Assembly: GCA_963731265.1 (NCBI GenBank)
Contig: CAVSUE010000002.1
Coordinates: 1 to 64,000 of the forward strand
From: an uncultured Verrucomicrobiae bacterium
GTDB lineage: Bacteria; Chlamydiota; Chlamydiia; Chlamydiales; Rhabdochlamydiaceae
Length of the DNA: 64,000 nucleotides
Reading direction: 5' to 3'
The notes below the pieces were generated by a model. It had not been told where the DNA came from and made no database searches. It saw only the letters and a program-made list of their open reading frames with translations. The position numbers and the translations under genes are program-made. Shown one piece after another: positions 55,289 to 64,000 of this stretch (position 1 is its first letter; each line of letters starts with the position of its first letter).

Positions 55289-56674
55289 ATGACACAACCC
55301 ATCCGTACGTTCTACATCGATTCCCAGCCCGTGGACCTCTCCACGCTTGCAGCCTCTTCACAATCTCCCAGAGACCAAATTGAGGCATTTGAAAAAGATT
55401 CGTTGTCGCGAGCGGATCATCAACCCCTTCACAAGCAAGGCACTTATAAGAACCAAGTGCGCGCATTTGTTAACGATCTGCGAGCGCAGCTCGAACGGAT
55501 GAGAGCTTTAAACCTCGATACGCTGCAGATCTGTTCAGAAATGCGCAGCCACATCGAAAAGTACAACTTGGCCTTAAATGCGCTCTATACCCACAGCGGG
55601 GAATATGAGCGGGGCAAAGAAGGCTCTTTAGCACACAACGCAGCCCTTGCGAGTCAAATCCGTGGAACCAGCTTTCAGTTTACTTCCTTTACTCCCTCCT
55701 CAAAATCCACTCCCCTTTCACGCCGCCAAGTCTTGGCTAAAGACTTACAGGAGATGGATATGCGGGATCATTTGTTGGATGTTCAGGTCGCCGGAAATCT
55801 CGTGAAGGCAACAGGGGAAGCCGTTGTGGGTGCGGCAAAAGCTGCCTGCTCTGTGACCGAAACCAGCAAGCAAGCCTGTAAGAGCACTTTGGATCTCGCT
55901 GGCAAGGCTGGAAAAGCAGTGCTGGATGCAACAGGCACAAAAGAGATTGTTAAGCAAGCCATCGGCTACTTGCAAACATGTGAAGGGACGACACTGGCAG
56001 AGGTGTTGGTGGAGCAATACGGATATGCTCCAGAGGAAGCTAAAGAGATAGCGAAACAATATGTGAAGAATGTGGGAGTGCTCGCCACTGCAACGGTGGG
56101 TTATGGTGCCCAATCGCTTGCTCTCAAAGGAGTCAAGCAATTACTCCAAAAGGGCGGGGCGGCAGAGGCCTCTGCAGCAGCATCCCCTGTCGTTGAAAAG
56201 ACTGCGAAAGCGGCCCCTTCCCGTTTGCCGCAGGTTCCCTTGAATGTTGTTTTATCACGTGATGATGTCACTATCCTTTCCCCTCCTCCACCGGCCTACT
56301 TCAAAAGTAGAATCATTACTGAACGGACGAAGATAGTTCCCGAAGATATTGGCATGAACTCAACTTTATTTACCGAAAAATTTTACGTGTTGGATGGATG
56401 GATGACCCGAGGAACAAATGCGACATTCAAAATTGAAGTCGATTTACTTTTTGTGACTAAAGGCCGTTTGTCTAATATCTTGACGGTCATGGATCACTTT
56501 AAAGAAATCGCAAAAACAAATCAGGCTTCAATACTACAACTTAATACTCTAATCATTAATGACGATTTGCTGCGTGTACTGACTAAGCGGTATGGAAATC
56601 CCTCCATCGAATTAAAAACAGGTTATAATGAACAAATCAAATATCAGGTTTTTAAAATTCCAATAAATAACTAA
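55289..56674 (+). CDS. Hypothetical protein with helical N-domain, Ala/Pro linker and distinct AT-rich C-terminal domain
   Basis: GGAG RBS; N-terminus paralogous to 56750-57529. Confidence 0.7.
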   Translation: MTQPIRTFYIDSQPVDLSTLAASSQSPRDQIEAFEKDSLSRADHQPLHKQGTYKNQVRAFVNDLRAQLERMRALNLDTLQICSEMRSHIEKYNLALNALYTHSGEYERGKEGSLAHNAALASQIRGTSFQFTSFTPSSKSTPLSRRQVLAKDLQEMDMRDHLLDVQVAGNLVKATGEAVVGAAKAACSVTETSKQACKSTLDLAGKAGKAVLDATGTKEIVKQAIGYLQTCEGTTLAEVLVEQYGYAPEEAKEIAKQYVKNVGVLATATVGYGAQSLALKGVKQLLQKGGAAEASAAASPVVEKTAKAAPSRLPQVPLNVVLSRDDVTILSPPPPAYFKSRIITERTKIVPEDIGMNSTLFTEKFYVLDGWMTRGTNATFKIEVDLLFVTKGRLSNILTVMDHFKEIAKTNQASILQLNTLIINDDLLRVLTKRYGNPSIELKTGYNEQIKYQVFKIPINN

Positions 56675-56749
56675 GAGAGTCTCTCCGATTTTGTTTGAGA
56701 ATCACACAGGAACCCTTTTAAACTATTTCGCAACCCAAGGAGCTTTTTT

Positions 56750-57529
56750 ATGACAGCATCTCTATCACCCTCTACAGGTAGAATTGAGTTTCCAATTCTA
56801 GAAATTTCTCAGGCAATCACTCCTCTACTTGCAGTGAAGGAACAGATTGAACTCGCTGAAATAGATTGGCTTGCAAAAGCAGACAAACTTCCTCAAGGAA
56901 TGCGGGTACATTGTAAATCGCAAATTCGCGCTTTTGTCGATCAATTGCGTGCAGATGTAAATGAAATGCTCCGTTTGAAGAAAGACTTTGCTCATATTGC
57001 AACTTTCATCAATGCAGGGATTGAAAAGTTTGAGGCCTCTTGGCAGTCGCTTCAAACGCATAACGCCGAGTATGAGCGCGATAAACGAAAAGTACATGAA
57101 GGCAATAGTGGATTATCTGCATCGCTTCGGCAAATGGGTGTCGATCTTGCTCCCTTTGCACCGAAAAAACCTTCAGAGAGTCCCAAAGAAGCAAAGATAA
57201 CGAATATACAAATGGATGCAAAAGACCCACCACGCCATCAAATGGCAAAAATTGTGTTCTCACAAATTGCTAAAGCGGAAGAAAGCTGGTTAAACAAAGG
57301 GAAGTCTTTTGATGGGGAAAAGAAAGAAGCCTACTACCAACAGGTTCGATTTCAGGTTATTCAGTTGGAATTGGAAGCTAAAAGCGGTCTGGAGACAAAG
57401 AGGTGTCTTGACCATATTCTATATCCTGTTGAAAGGCTTCGAAAAGTCTTTGACGCCGCTTTAACGCAAAGATACCCACAGAATGTAACTGCGTCGCCCT
57501 TGCAGGAAGAATTAAACTTCCCGTGGTGA
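56750..57529 (+). CDS. Hypothetical protein, paralog of the 55289 N-domain, with an internal repeat
   Basis: AAGGAG RBS; QIRAFVDQLRA vs QVRAFVNDLRA; THNAEYERDK vs THSGEYERGK. Confidence 0.7.
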   Translation: MTASLSPSTGRIEFPILEISQAITPLLAVKEQIELAEIDWLAKADKLPQGMRVHCKSQIRAFVDQLRADVNEMLRLKKDFAHIATFINAGIEKFEASWQSLQTHNAEYERDKRKVHEGNSGLSASLRQMGVDLAPFAPKKPSESPKEAKITNIQMDAKDPPRHQMAKIVFSQIAKAEESWLNKGKSFDGEKKEAYYQQVRFQVIQLELEAKSGLETKRCLDHILYPVERLRKVFDAALTQRYPQNVTASPLQEELNFPW

Positions 57530-57681
57530 TTAAATTTGGGGTACTGTTACGCGCTCAAATGCAACTTATTTTCGAAGATTTGTATTATAATCGAAATTAA
57601 CCTGATATACCGCTTGTATCAATCATCATCTAGTTTTTTCCTTTTGCTGCCATCGGGGCATTAGAAATGCCTTCTGAATTG

Positions 57682-57737
57682 GAGTGTTGACCCCCCCTCC
57701 CCTTTAGGCGAGGGAGGTTCAAAGGCTTTCAGCACTC
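57682..57737. repeat. IS200/IS605-end-like or REP-like hairpin
   Basis: TTGACCCCCCCTCCCCTTTAGGCGAGGGAGGTTCAA, flanked by GAGTGTTGA / TCAGCACTC. Confidence 0.4.
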
Positions 57738-57816
57738 TTTGCTATGCATTTGGATATTGACGAACAACTTGGCAGTAAGCGATGGTATCCAGAGTATCCT
57801 TAATAACGAGGGTTAG

Positions 57817-58215
57817 ATGGTATACGTCAATCTTGAGGCAGCTGTAAAGCAAGAAAATTCTTCTAATTGCATTGCGTATGAATACCCGATGCAAAATTCC
57901 GAGATAAATGTTGCTCTTGTAGAAATCACTCACAGATATCCAGATTAAGGTTATGCCATTAATCACAAATCTAGTGAAATAGGTTATATTCTTAAGGGGT
58001 CGGGAAAACTTTTTACAGAGACTGCTAAAGTTGTCCTTTCATGCGGCGACGTTGTCTATATTCCACGGGGAGAAAAATATTATTGGGAAGGAAATATGAT
58101 CCTTGTAGTTTCTTCTACACCTGCCTGGCATCCCGAACAGCATCAGGTCAATCTGCCTGCAGGCGAAGCGCCCATTCCATTGCGACCTACGCCTTCCTGC
58201 ACTCAAAGTGTTTAA
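57817..58215 (+). pseudogene. Cupin-domain protein with an in-frame stop
   Basis: MVYVNLEAAVKQENSSNCIAYEYPMQNSEINVALVEITHRYPD*GYAINHKSSEIGYILKGSGKL...LSCGDVVYIPRGEKYYWEG...PAWHPEQH; TAA at 57946-57948. Confidence 0.75.
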
Positions 58216-58294
58216 TATCAATCGCAGTAAATAACTTAACAAAATCGACGCGATGGCAAAAACTGGCGCAGTAAAAACTGGGTCATTTTTACAA

Positions 58295-59878
58295 TTAGAG
58301 GGAATGCAGATAGTAAAGAATCATTTTAGCGCGCTTGGCATTGTCGCACTGTCTTTCAACTTTTAACTCTGGGCTTGCATAAAAAGATGCCGCGCCAAAA
58401 TCGCCTGCAAAATTACGCGGACAGTCAAAATGCCGCCAAACACAATTATAAATGTTCTGTTTGTATGATGGATCTAATTGTCCGAATAGTTGCAACCCCT
58501 TTTCCGATTCCCCATTCTTAAAGGCCTCGACAATAGGATTGAGAAGCTGCTCTTTTTTCCTCTGCTCTTCTGAAAGCGGGAGGATAAATTTCGGAGGAGC
58601 GAAAACAGATTCGATTCCATCAACAAGCCGCTCGTAATCAGCTTCAAATTTAGAGGCTACGGCACGAAGGATAGCTGCTTTTTGTCGGGAGTTGCAGCGA
58701 TATTGAGGATCAAGGCTTGGATGACCATGAAAAGCGGCGCACCCGAAATCCGCATGCGGAGGAGGAAGCTCTTTGTTCTTCCAAGTTTGTTGCCAAGTTT
58801 CATGGTACGCAGAATTTTTAAAACTATCGAAAAGTTGATCAAAAATTTTGTCCGCCTCAGGACTGCCGCTTTCATAACTCTCAGCAGCATCCAGAAGAGA
58901 TTTCATGATCACTGGGCAGCTCATTCTCAAATTTTGAAAAGCTTCATTCACTGTTGACGCGTTGTTAAAAGCTCCCCACATCAGATTCTTTCGATCCACA
59001 ATAAAAAATTCATTGAACAGGACCTGTTTAGCAATAAGGACACGATCCTTCAGCTTTGCTACAAGCCAAAAACTAGAGAAAAGCGCATTTTCATTGATCC
59101 CAATGTGAGCATTGTTTGGGGAAAGACCGGTTCTTCCATCTTTTGGATGGCAGATGACAGGTAATTCTTTTTGGTGATGAAAACTGATTCCAGAAGGTGT
59201 TTGGATAGGATAAACACCCTCGGGCTCATACACTCCTATGTCAACCATTTCGGTGGAATCTTTGCCTTTTTCATAACAAGGATGGGCCCAGCCATGCAAC
59301 ATCAGGTTGAACACATGCGGAAGTTTTTTTTCTTTTACATGTTGTCTCAAACCGCTCGTGGTTTCAGCAGAAAGGAAAAACTCAAATTTTTTTTCCCTAA
59401 CATCGCCTGCCGCATTCCGAACCGATTCAGGAAAGTTCGCCATTTGCGCCGGATGAAGACGCAGTGTGGCAACATCAAGAGAGACTTGATAATAAGTTTC
59501 TCCATAATGGCCCATCTGGGGCCTTTCGAGACGAAAATTAACTCCGTTGTAAAAAGCAGAGGGAAGTTCTGAACAAATTAAATTCGCTTGGCCACGTTCA
59601 ATCGGTTGCGACAACCATTCTAGAGAAAGTTGTCTCGCTTTACATTCTTGCAGAGTTCTTGAGGAAATTTCGACAAGGCGCTCAGCGTCTTTTTTCGCTT
59701 CCGCAGACAACGCAGAATTGGAAACGGTGAGATGCTTTTGCACAAACTGACTGACCTCAGCTTCAAAGCCGTTTAATACGCTGACGCTTAAGGGGTTATA
59801 TCGACTCTCTGGAGTTTTCAACACAGAGATAATCGACGATGTCGTTGAAGAACTCGAACTAGAAACAATTTGAGTCAT
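58295..59878 (-). CDS. Hypothetical protein with Ser-rich N-terminus and two C-terminal repeats, candidate effector
   Basis: Likely start ATG 59878 (MTQIVSSSSSSTTSS); AT-rich upstream region; repeated F.QL..S.K...Y...W...DFG.A.F motif. Confidence 0.75.
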   Translation of the reverse strand: MTQIVSSSSSSTTSSIISVLKTPESRYNPLSVSVLNGFEAEVSQFVQKHLTVSNSALSAEAKKDAERLVEISSRTLQECKARQLSLEWLSQPIERGQANLICSELPSAFYNGVNFRLERPQMGHYGETYYQVSLDVATLRLHPAQMANFPESVRNAAGDVREKKFEFFLSAETTSGLRQHVKEKKLPHVFNLMLHGWAHPCYEKGKDSTEMVDIGVYEPEGVYPIQTPSGISFHHQKELPVICHPKDGRTGLSPNNAHIGINENALFSSFWLVAKLKDRVLIAKQVLFNEFFIVDRKNLMWGAFNNASTVNEAFQNLRMSCPVIMKSLLDAAESYESGSPEADKIFDQLFDSFKNSAYHETWQQTWKNKELPPPHADFGCAAFHGHPSLDPQYRCNSRQKAAILRAVASKFEADYERLVDGIESVFAPPKFILPLSEEQRKKEQLLNPIVEAFKNGESEKGLQLFGQLDPSYKQNIYNCVWRHFDCPRNFAGDFGAASFYASPELKVERQCDNAKRAKMILYYLHSL

Positions 59879-60075
59879 AGTAATCCAATTTTTATTTAAT
59901 ATAATTATAACCACAAATTTCATTATTAGCAACAAAAAAAACGCACATTTATTTTTATATCGGATTTCAATGGATGGTGAAATGCGCAGCATTTTAGAAA
60001 AACTGAACCGGATCTTTATTATTTACAAATATTCTTAGGTTTACCTATGTTGACAAACCGGTTGTTTTTTGGAGG

Positions 60076-61692
60076 ATGTTTATGAGAAGGTTGATCCCGA
60101 TTTTGTTTGCAGTCCTCGCCTTGCTCGGAGCTTCCTGCCAAAAGAAAGTCATCACCGCCCCGGCGCAAACGCAATGCATTCACCTGAATCTAAAGAATGA
60201 ACCCGCCACTCTGGATCCGCGTAAAGGGGGAGATGTCATTTCTTCGCATATGCACTTTCTGCTCTTCGAGGGTCTCGTCAAATTAAATCCCGACAACTCG
60301 ATTACTTCCGCGCAGGCAAAGACTTTTGATATTTCTAAAGATGGAACCATTTATACTTTCGTCTTGAGAGATTCTTTGTGGTCGGATGGAGCGCCGGTCA
60401 CGGCGTTTGATTTTGAAAAAGCATGGAAGGATATTCTCGATCCTTCCTTCCCCAGTCTCAATGCCCACCTGCTTTATCCTATCAAAAATGCGGAAGCCGC
60501 CAAAAAAGGAAAAGTCCCTTTGTGCGAAGTGGGCGTCGCCGCTAAAGACGATAAAACTTTGGTCATCACTTTAGAAAAGCCTACCCCTTATTTTCTGGAT
60601 CTCATCGCTTTTTGCGTCTTTTTCCCTGTTAACCGTCAAAACGATGAACGCTACCCTGATTGGGCGCATCATGCAGGGGAGCACTATGTTTGCAATGGGC
60701 CGTTCATTTTGAAAGAATGGAGACACAACAATGAGATCGTTGTCGAAAAAAACCCGTTGTACTGGGATCAAACCCGAGTCATTCCCGACCTGATTCATTT
60801 CAGCATGATCGACAATGAGATGACCACTTTGCAAATGTTTGAAAATGGACAACTCGACATGATCGGCGAGCCGTTATCCCCTTTGCCTGTCGATGCTTTG
60901 CCGACGCTCAAGAAAAAAGGGCGGGTCATGCGGCATCCTGTCGGAGGAACGACGATGATCACTTTCAATGTCGATAAAGCCCCATTTAATAACGTAAAAA
61001 TCCGGAAAGCTTTTGCGTATGCTATCGATCGGGAATCCATTGTTAAAAATATCACTCAGATGGGAGAAACGCCCGCATTGAACGCGGTGCCCCCCGTTTT
61101 GAAAAACAACCGCAATCATGCTTTTTTTAAAGATGCGGACTATTCGCAAGCTAAGGCACTGTTGGAAGAGGGCATGAAAGAAATGGGGATCACCAGAGAG
61201 GCCTTCAAAGATGTGACTTATTTTTATAGCACAACTGAACTTAACCATAAAATTGCACAGGCTGTCCAGCAGCAATGGTTCCATGCCTTAGGCTTAAGGA
61301 TAAAAATTGAAAATCTCGATCATAAAGTTTTGATGGATAAGTTGATTAAACGGAATTATTCCTTCGCGCAAAGCCTCTGGCTTGCTCAATACAACGACCA
61401 GATGAATATCCTCGAGCGTTTTAAAATCAAGGCAAACGCAAAGAATTATCCGAATTGGGAGAACGAAGAATATATCCGCCTGCTCGAAGCCTCTTTCTAT
61501 GAAAATGGGCTCAAACGTTTTGAAATTTTAGAAAAAGCGGAAGGAATTTTCTTAAGCGAAATGCCCATCTGCCCGATCTATCACTGGGAAATGCCTTACA
61601 TTGTACAACCTCATTTAGGTGAGGTTGGAATGACCCCCGTTGGCGATCTCGTTTTTGAAAAACTCTCTATTGAAAATAGGAAGCGCTTATGA
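60076..61692 (+). CDS. oppA: Oligopeptide ABC transporter substrate-binding lipoprotein
   Basis: Lipobox GAS-C, EPATLDPR, LFEGLV, WSDGAPVTAFDF, NGPFILKEW, RKAFAYAIDR. Confidence 0.9.
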   Translation: MFMRRLIPILFAVLALLGASCQKKVITAPAQTQCIHLNLKNEPATLDPRKGGDVISSHMHFLLFEGLVKLNPDNSITSAQAKTFDISKDGTIYTFVLRDSLWSDGAPVTAFDFEKAWKDILDPSFPSLNAHLLYPIKNAEAAKKGKVPLCEVGVAAKDDKTLVITLEKPTPYFLDLIAFCVFFPVNRQNDERYPDWAHHAGEHYVCNGPFILKEWRHNNEIVVEKNPLYWDQTRVIPDLIHFSMIDNEMTTLQMFENGQLDMIGEPLSPLPVDALPTLKKKGRVMRHPVGGTTMITFNVDKAPFNNVKIRKAFAYAIDRESIVKNITQMGETPALNAVPPVLKNNRNHAFFKDADYSQAKALLEEGMKEMGITREAFKDVTYFYSTTELNHKIAQAVQQQWFHALGLRIKIENLDHKVLMDKLIKRNYSFAQSLWLAQYNDQMNILERFKIKANAKNYPNWENEEYIRLLEASFYENGLKRFEILEKAEGIFLSEMPICPIYHWEMPYIVQPHLGEVGMTPVGDLVFEKLSIENRKRL

Positions 61693-63824
61693 TGAATACA
61701 GCATTGCGGAAACATCACAGGGTTTTCTCAAGGCATGCGCTGGAGACTGAAAAAACACACCATTTGATCACCCCCTCCTATTCTTCACGGGGCATTAGCC
61801 ATCTTGAGTTCGACGGCTATATCACTTTTATCGAACAAATCCTGCGCACGATTCTTCCCCAGGATCTCATTTTTGCCTTGTCGATAGGAAGAGATGCGCA
61901 GAAAATTCAAGAAAAAGTAGGCGCTTTTTGCGATACGCTGCCCCTACTTGTATGGAACAGTCCTGAACGGGCGCCTTGCACACTATGCGTCAGTCTACTG
62001 TGCCATTCTGAGTTCACTCATGGTGTCGGCCGCTATCTTTGCGATACTCTGTCTCGATGGCTGGTCCCTGGAAAGTTCTTAAACATCAGTTCTGTGCGGT
62101 CCCTCAAATTCAATTTTATTTCCTGCCAAGAGCAAAATCTTTTTTTCCACCAAGTTCTTCTAGACATCGAAAACGACCAACAACTTTCTATAGCAAAAAG
62201 CAATCAGGAAAATGTCGAAAGAGACGCACGCTTAAGCATCCACGCTGTCCGCCATGCCCGCAACGTCATTTCGACAAAAAAACTCTCTCCGGAACAAAAA
62301 AAATCAATGATTGAGGAAAATATCGCTTCCGTCCTCTCTCGGCCTATGAAAAGTCTGGAAAATAATGTCTTTGACCAAATGCAAAATCTTTGGCTGCAAG
62401 TCAGCGCTGAAGACAAAATGCAACAACTCCAAGCATACTTCTCTCCTTACGTCGAAAAGCACCCGAAAATTTTCGCCCGCGATATTTTCCATGAGATTAA
62501 AAATTCCCTTCTACTTTTCAGCGAAAAATTCACAGGATTAAGAGACCTTCGCCATGTGAGCAGATTGATCTCTTATCAATACCTGTTTCGCAAGACCCTC
62601 ATCCGAGACTGTATCGATGCTCCTGATGAACGGCACTTGAGTTTAAAACTCATGAAGGTTTTTCTAAACCCGAGGAAACAGGTGATCGGAATCATTGGCG
62701 CGATGAATGTATTGAGTGAAAATGAAATTTTCGAAGAACGCCACATTTTAGAAGCGATCTCCTATTGCCTACCTGACGTCTGTAGAGTAGATAATTCGCT
62801 CATCCTCGATCGGCGCAGCCATGATCCCATCCGAGTATTTTATTTAGAAATTGAGAAAAAGGACGGCACACCTTTTAGATTGCATGAAATGAAGGAATTG
62901 AAAAAAAACCTTCCCCACGCGTTGAAGGAAAGCGTAGAGAGTGTCCTGCACCCCGTGTTGATGCCTCGCAATGAAGAAGAGATCATGCGCAATATTTTTT
63001 TGCTCAGCCAGCAATTGAAATATTTGAACGACCTCCCCCAAGTCATCATCTCCTTCAACGCGCAAACCGAGCAGCACCTGCAATTTACAGTGATTCTTTT
63101 ACGCATCCTGCACGATGAAGCCCTCTCTCTCATGGAGATAGTGGCCAAAACCGCTTCAGAACTGCAACTCACGGATCTGGAGGTCAAAACTGTTGGACTA
63201 TTGCGAAAACGGTATCCTAAGGAAGCTAATGTCTTCAAAGTTTCTCTGGAAAAAAAACAATTTTTGCGAAAAGACTATACGATCGACTTATTTAAAGCCC
63301 GCCAATTTGTCTCTTGTGAATTGAACAACATCTTCCACGGAATCCGGGATTTTAACGGTGGAATCCTGTCCAAACAGCAAGAAGTGTTCCAGGAACTTCG
63401 GAGTTTGATCCATGAGACTTCTTCCAATCATGATTTTTTGCTGGAAAACTTTTTTTATTCGATTACCCCCCCGCTAGGGCAAACGTTAATCGTGCCCCGT
63501 TCTTTAAAAAATCTGTTTTCCCTGATGCAGGAAGCGTTAAATGCCGATTATAAGAAAGAATTCTTCTTTCTAAAGGGAGAATTCGAAACGGAGCAATTGC
63601 TGACAATGGCCGCATCCCCTTTTGGTGCGATTAAAGAAGAGCTTTTTTCTTTGATGCTCAAACTCAAGATCCCTACACAAGACTTGTCCTGCACACATGT
63701 CAATGCCCATGGGATTACCTGTATTGGCTTCATCTATCAAAATCGCGACCCGCACATCCGAAATCTTTTTTATTCCACTCTTTTAAGCTGTCTTCAAGAC
63801 TGGAAAAACAGAGTAAAAAAGTGA
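61689..63824 (+). CDS. Large cytoplasmic hypothetical protein translationally coupled to oppA
   Basis: 711-aa ORF with ATGA overlap with the oppA stop; no signal peptide or obvious TM segments. Confidence 0.75.
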   Translation: MMNTALRKHHRVFSRHALETEKTHHLITPSYSSRGISHLEFDGYITFIEQILRTILPQDLIFALSIGRDAQKIQEKVGAFCDTLPLLVWNSPERAPCTLCVSLLCHSEFTHGVGRYLCDTLSRWLVPGKFLNISSVRSLKFNFISCQEQNLFFHQVLLDIENDQQLSIAKSNQENVERDARLSIHAVRHARNVISTKKLSPEQKKSMIEENIASVLSRPMKSLENNVFDQMQNLWLQVSAEDKMQQLQAYFSPYVEKHPKIFARDIFHEIKNSLLLFSEKFTGLRDLRHVSRLISYQYLFRKTLIRDCIDAPDERHLSLKLMKVFLNPRKQVIGIIGAMNVLSENEIFEERHILEAISYCLPDVCRVDNSLILDRRSHDPIRVFYLEIEKKDGTPFRLHEMKELKKNLPHALKESVESVLHPVLMPRNEEEIMRNIFLLSQQLKYLNDLPQVIISFNAQTEQHLQFTVILLRILHDEALSLMEIVAKTASELQLTDLEVKTVGLLRKRYPKEANVFKVSLEKKQFLRKDYTIDLFKARQFVSCELNNIFHGIRDFNGGILSKQQEVFQELRSLIHETSSNHDFLLENFFYSITPPLGQTLIVPRSLKNLFSLMQEALNADYKKEFFFLKGEFETEQLLTMAASPFGAIKEELFSLMLKLKIPTQDLSCTHVNAHGITCIGFIYQNRDPHIRNLFYSTLLSCLQDWKNRVKK

Positions 63825-63961
63825 TACCAAGTCGATGGATCACTTGGGAAAAACGAGATTCCCCGCGGTGACTCCCTTAAAATTTTTATTTTCATAAAAA
63901 TTAATTTTTCATTCATTTTTATTCTCTAAAACATTAATATTTCATATTAATCTTGGAATTT

Positions 63962-64000
63962 ATGGAAATAGATCCCATTAACAATAATTTTCCTGTTTAT
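63962..64000 (+). CDS. Possible 5' end of a gene running off the window
   Basis: ATG after an AT-rich promoter-like stretch; MEIDPINNNFPVY... Confidence 0.3.
   Translation, partial: MEIDPINNNFPVY

Noticed and set aside
215..57737. Palindromic repeats as a CRISPR array or integron attC sites
   Set aside because: The copies are dispersed, of different families and lengths, with no regular repeat-spacer period, and no cas or integron integrase gene is in the window
57946..57948. In-frame stop as recoding (Sec/Pyl) or an alternative genetic code
   Set aside because: The codon is TAA, which terminates many genes in this window; a nonsense mutation is simpler

Overview
Chromosomal segment of an environmental Chlamydiae-type bacterium. 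The assignment rests on EUO regulators, a nucleotide (ATP/ADP-type) translocase, an enlarged SecDF, a DUF2709-like protein and the chlamydial gene blocks mip-aspS-hisS, secDF-recJ...euo-tsp-gltX and sppA-polA-coaE-rho. Most of the window is housekeeping: aminoacyl-tRNA synthetases, ddl/murA, epmB, pgk, polA, rho and oppA. No rRNA, tRNA, CRISPR array or intact transposase was seen. Points of interest: (1) An accessory region (~49.9-58.3 kb) starts at the rho 3' end. It holds a 208-bp degenerate second copy of the rho 3' end, an M48-like peptidase, a type IV (AbiE) toxin-antitoxin pair whose toxin looks truncated, a run of coiled-coil orphan genes including two paralogs, and a cupin pseudogene. 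(2) Two tandem EUO paralogs. (3) Two convergent orphan genes whose N-termini resemble mitochondrial presequences and share a GVxHHR motif. (4) A dense population of TA-flanked palindromic MITE-like elements from several families, often nested and often overlapping stop codons. (5) An uncalled 44-aa lipoprotein. Functional calls come from motif recognition by eye; no database searches were run.
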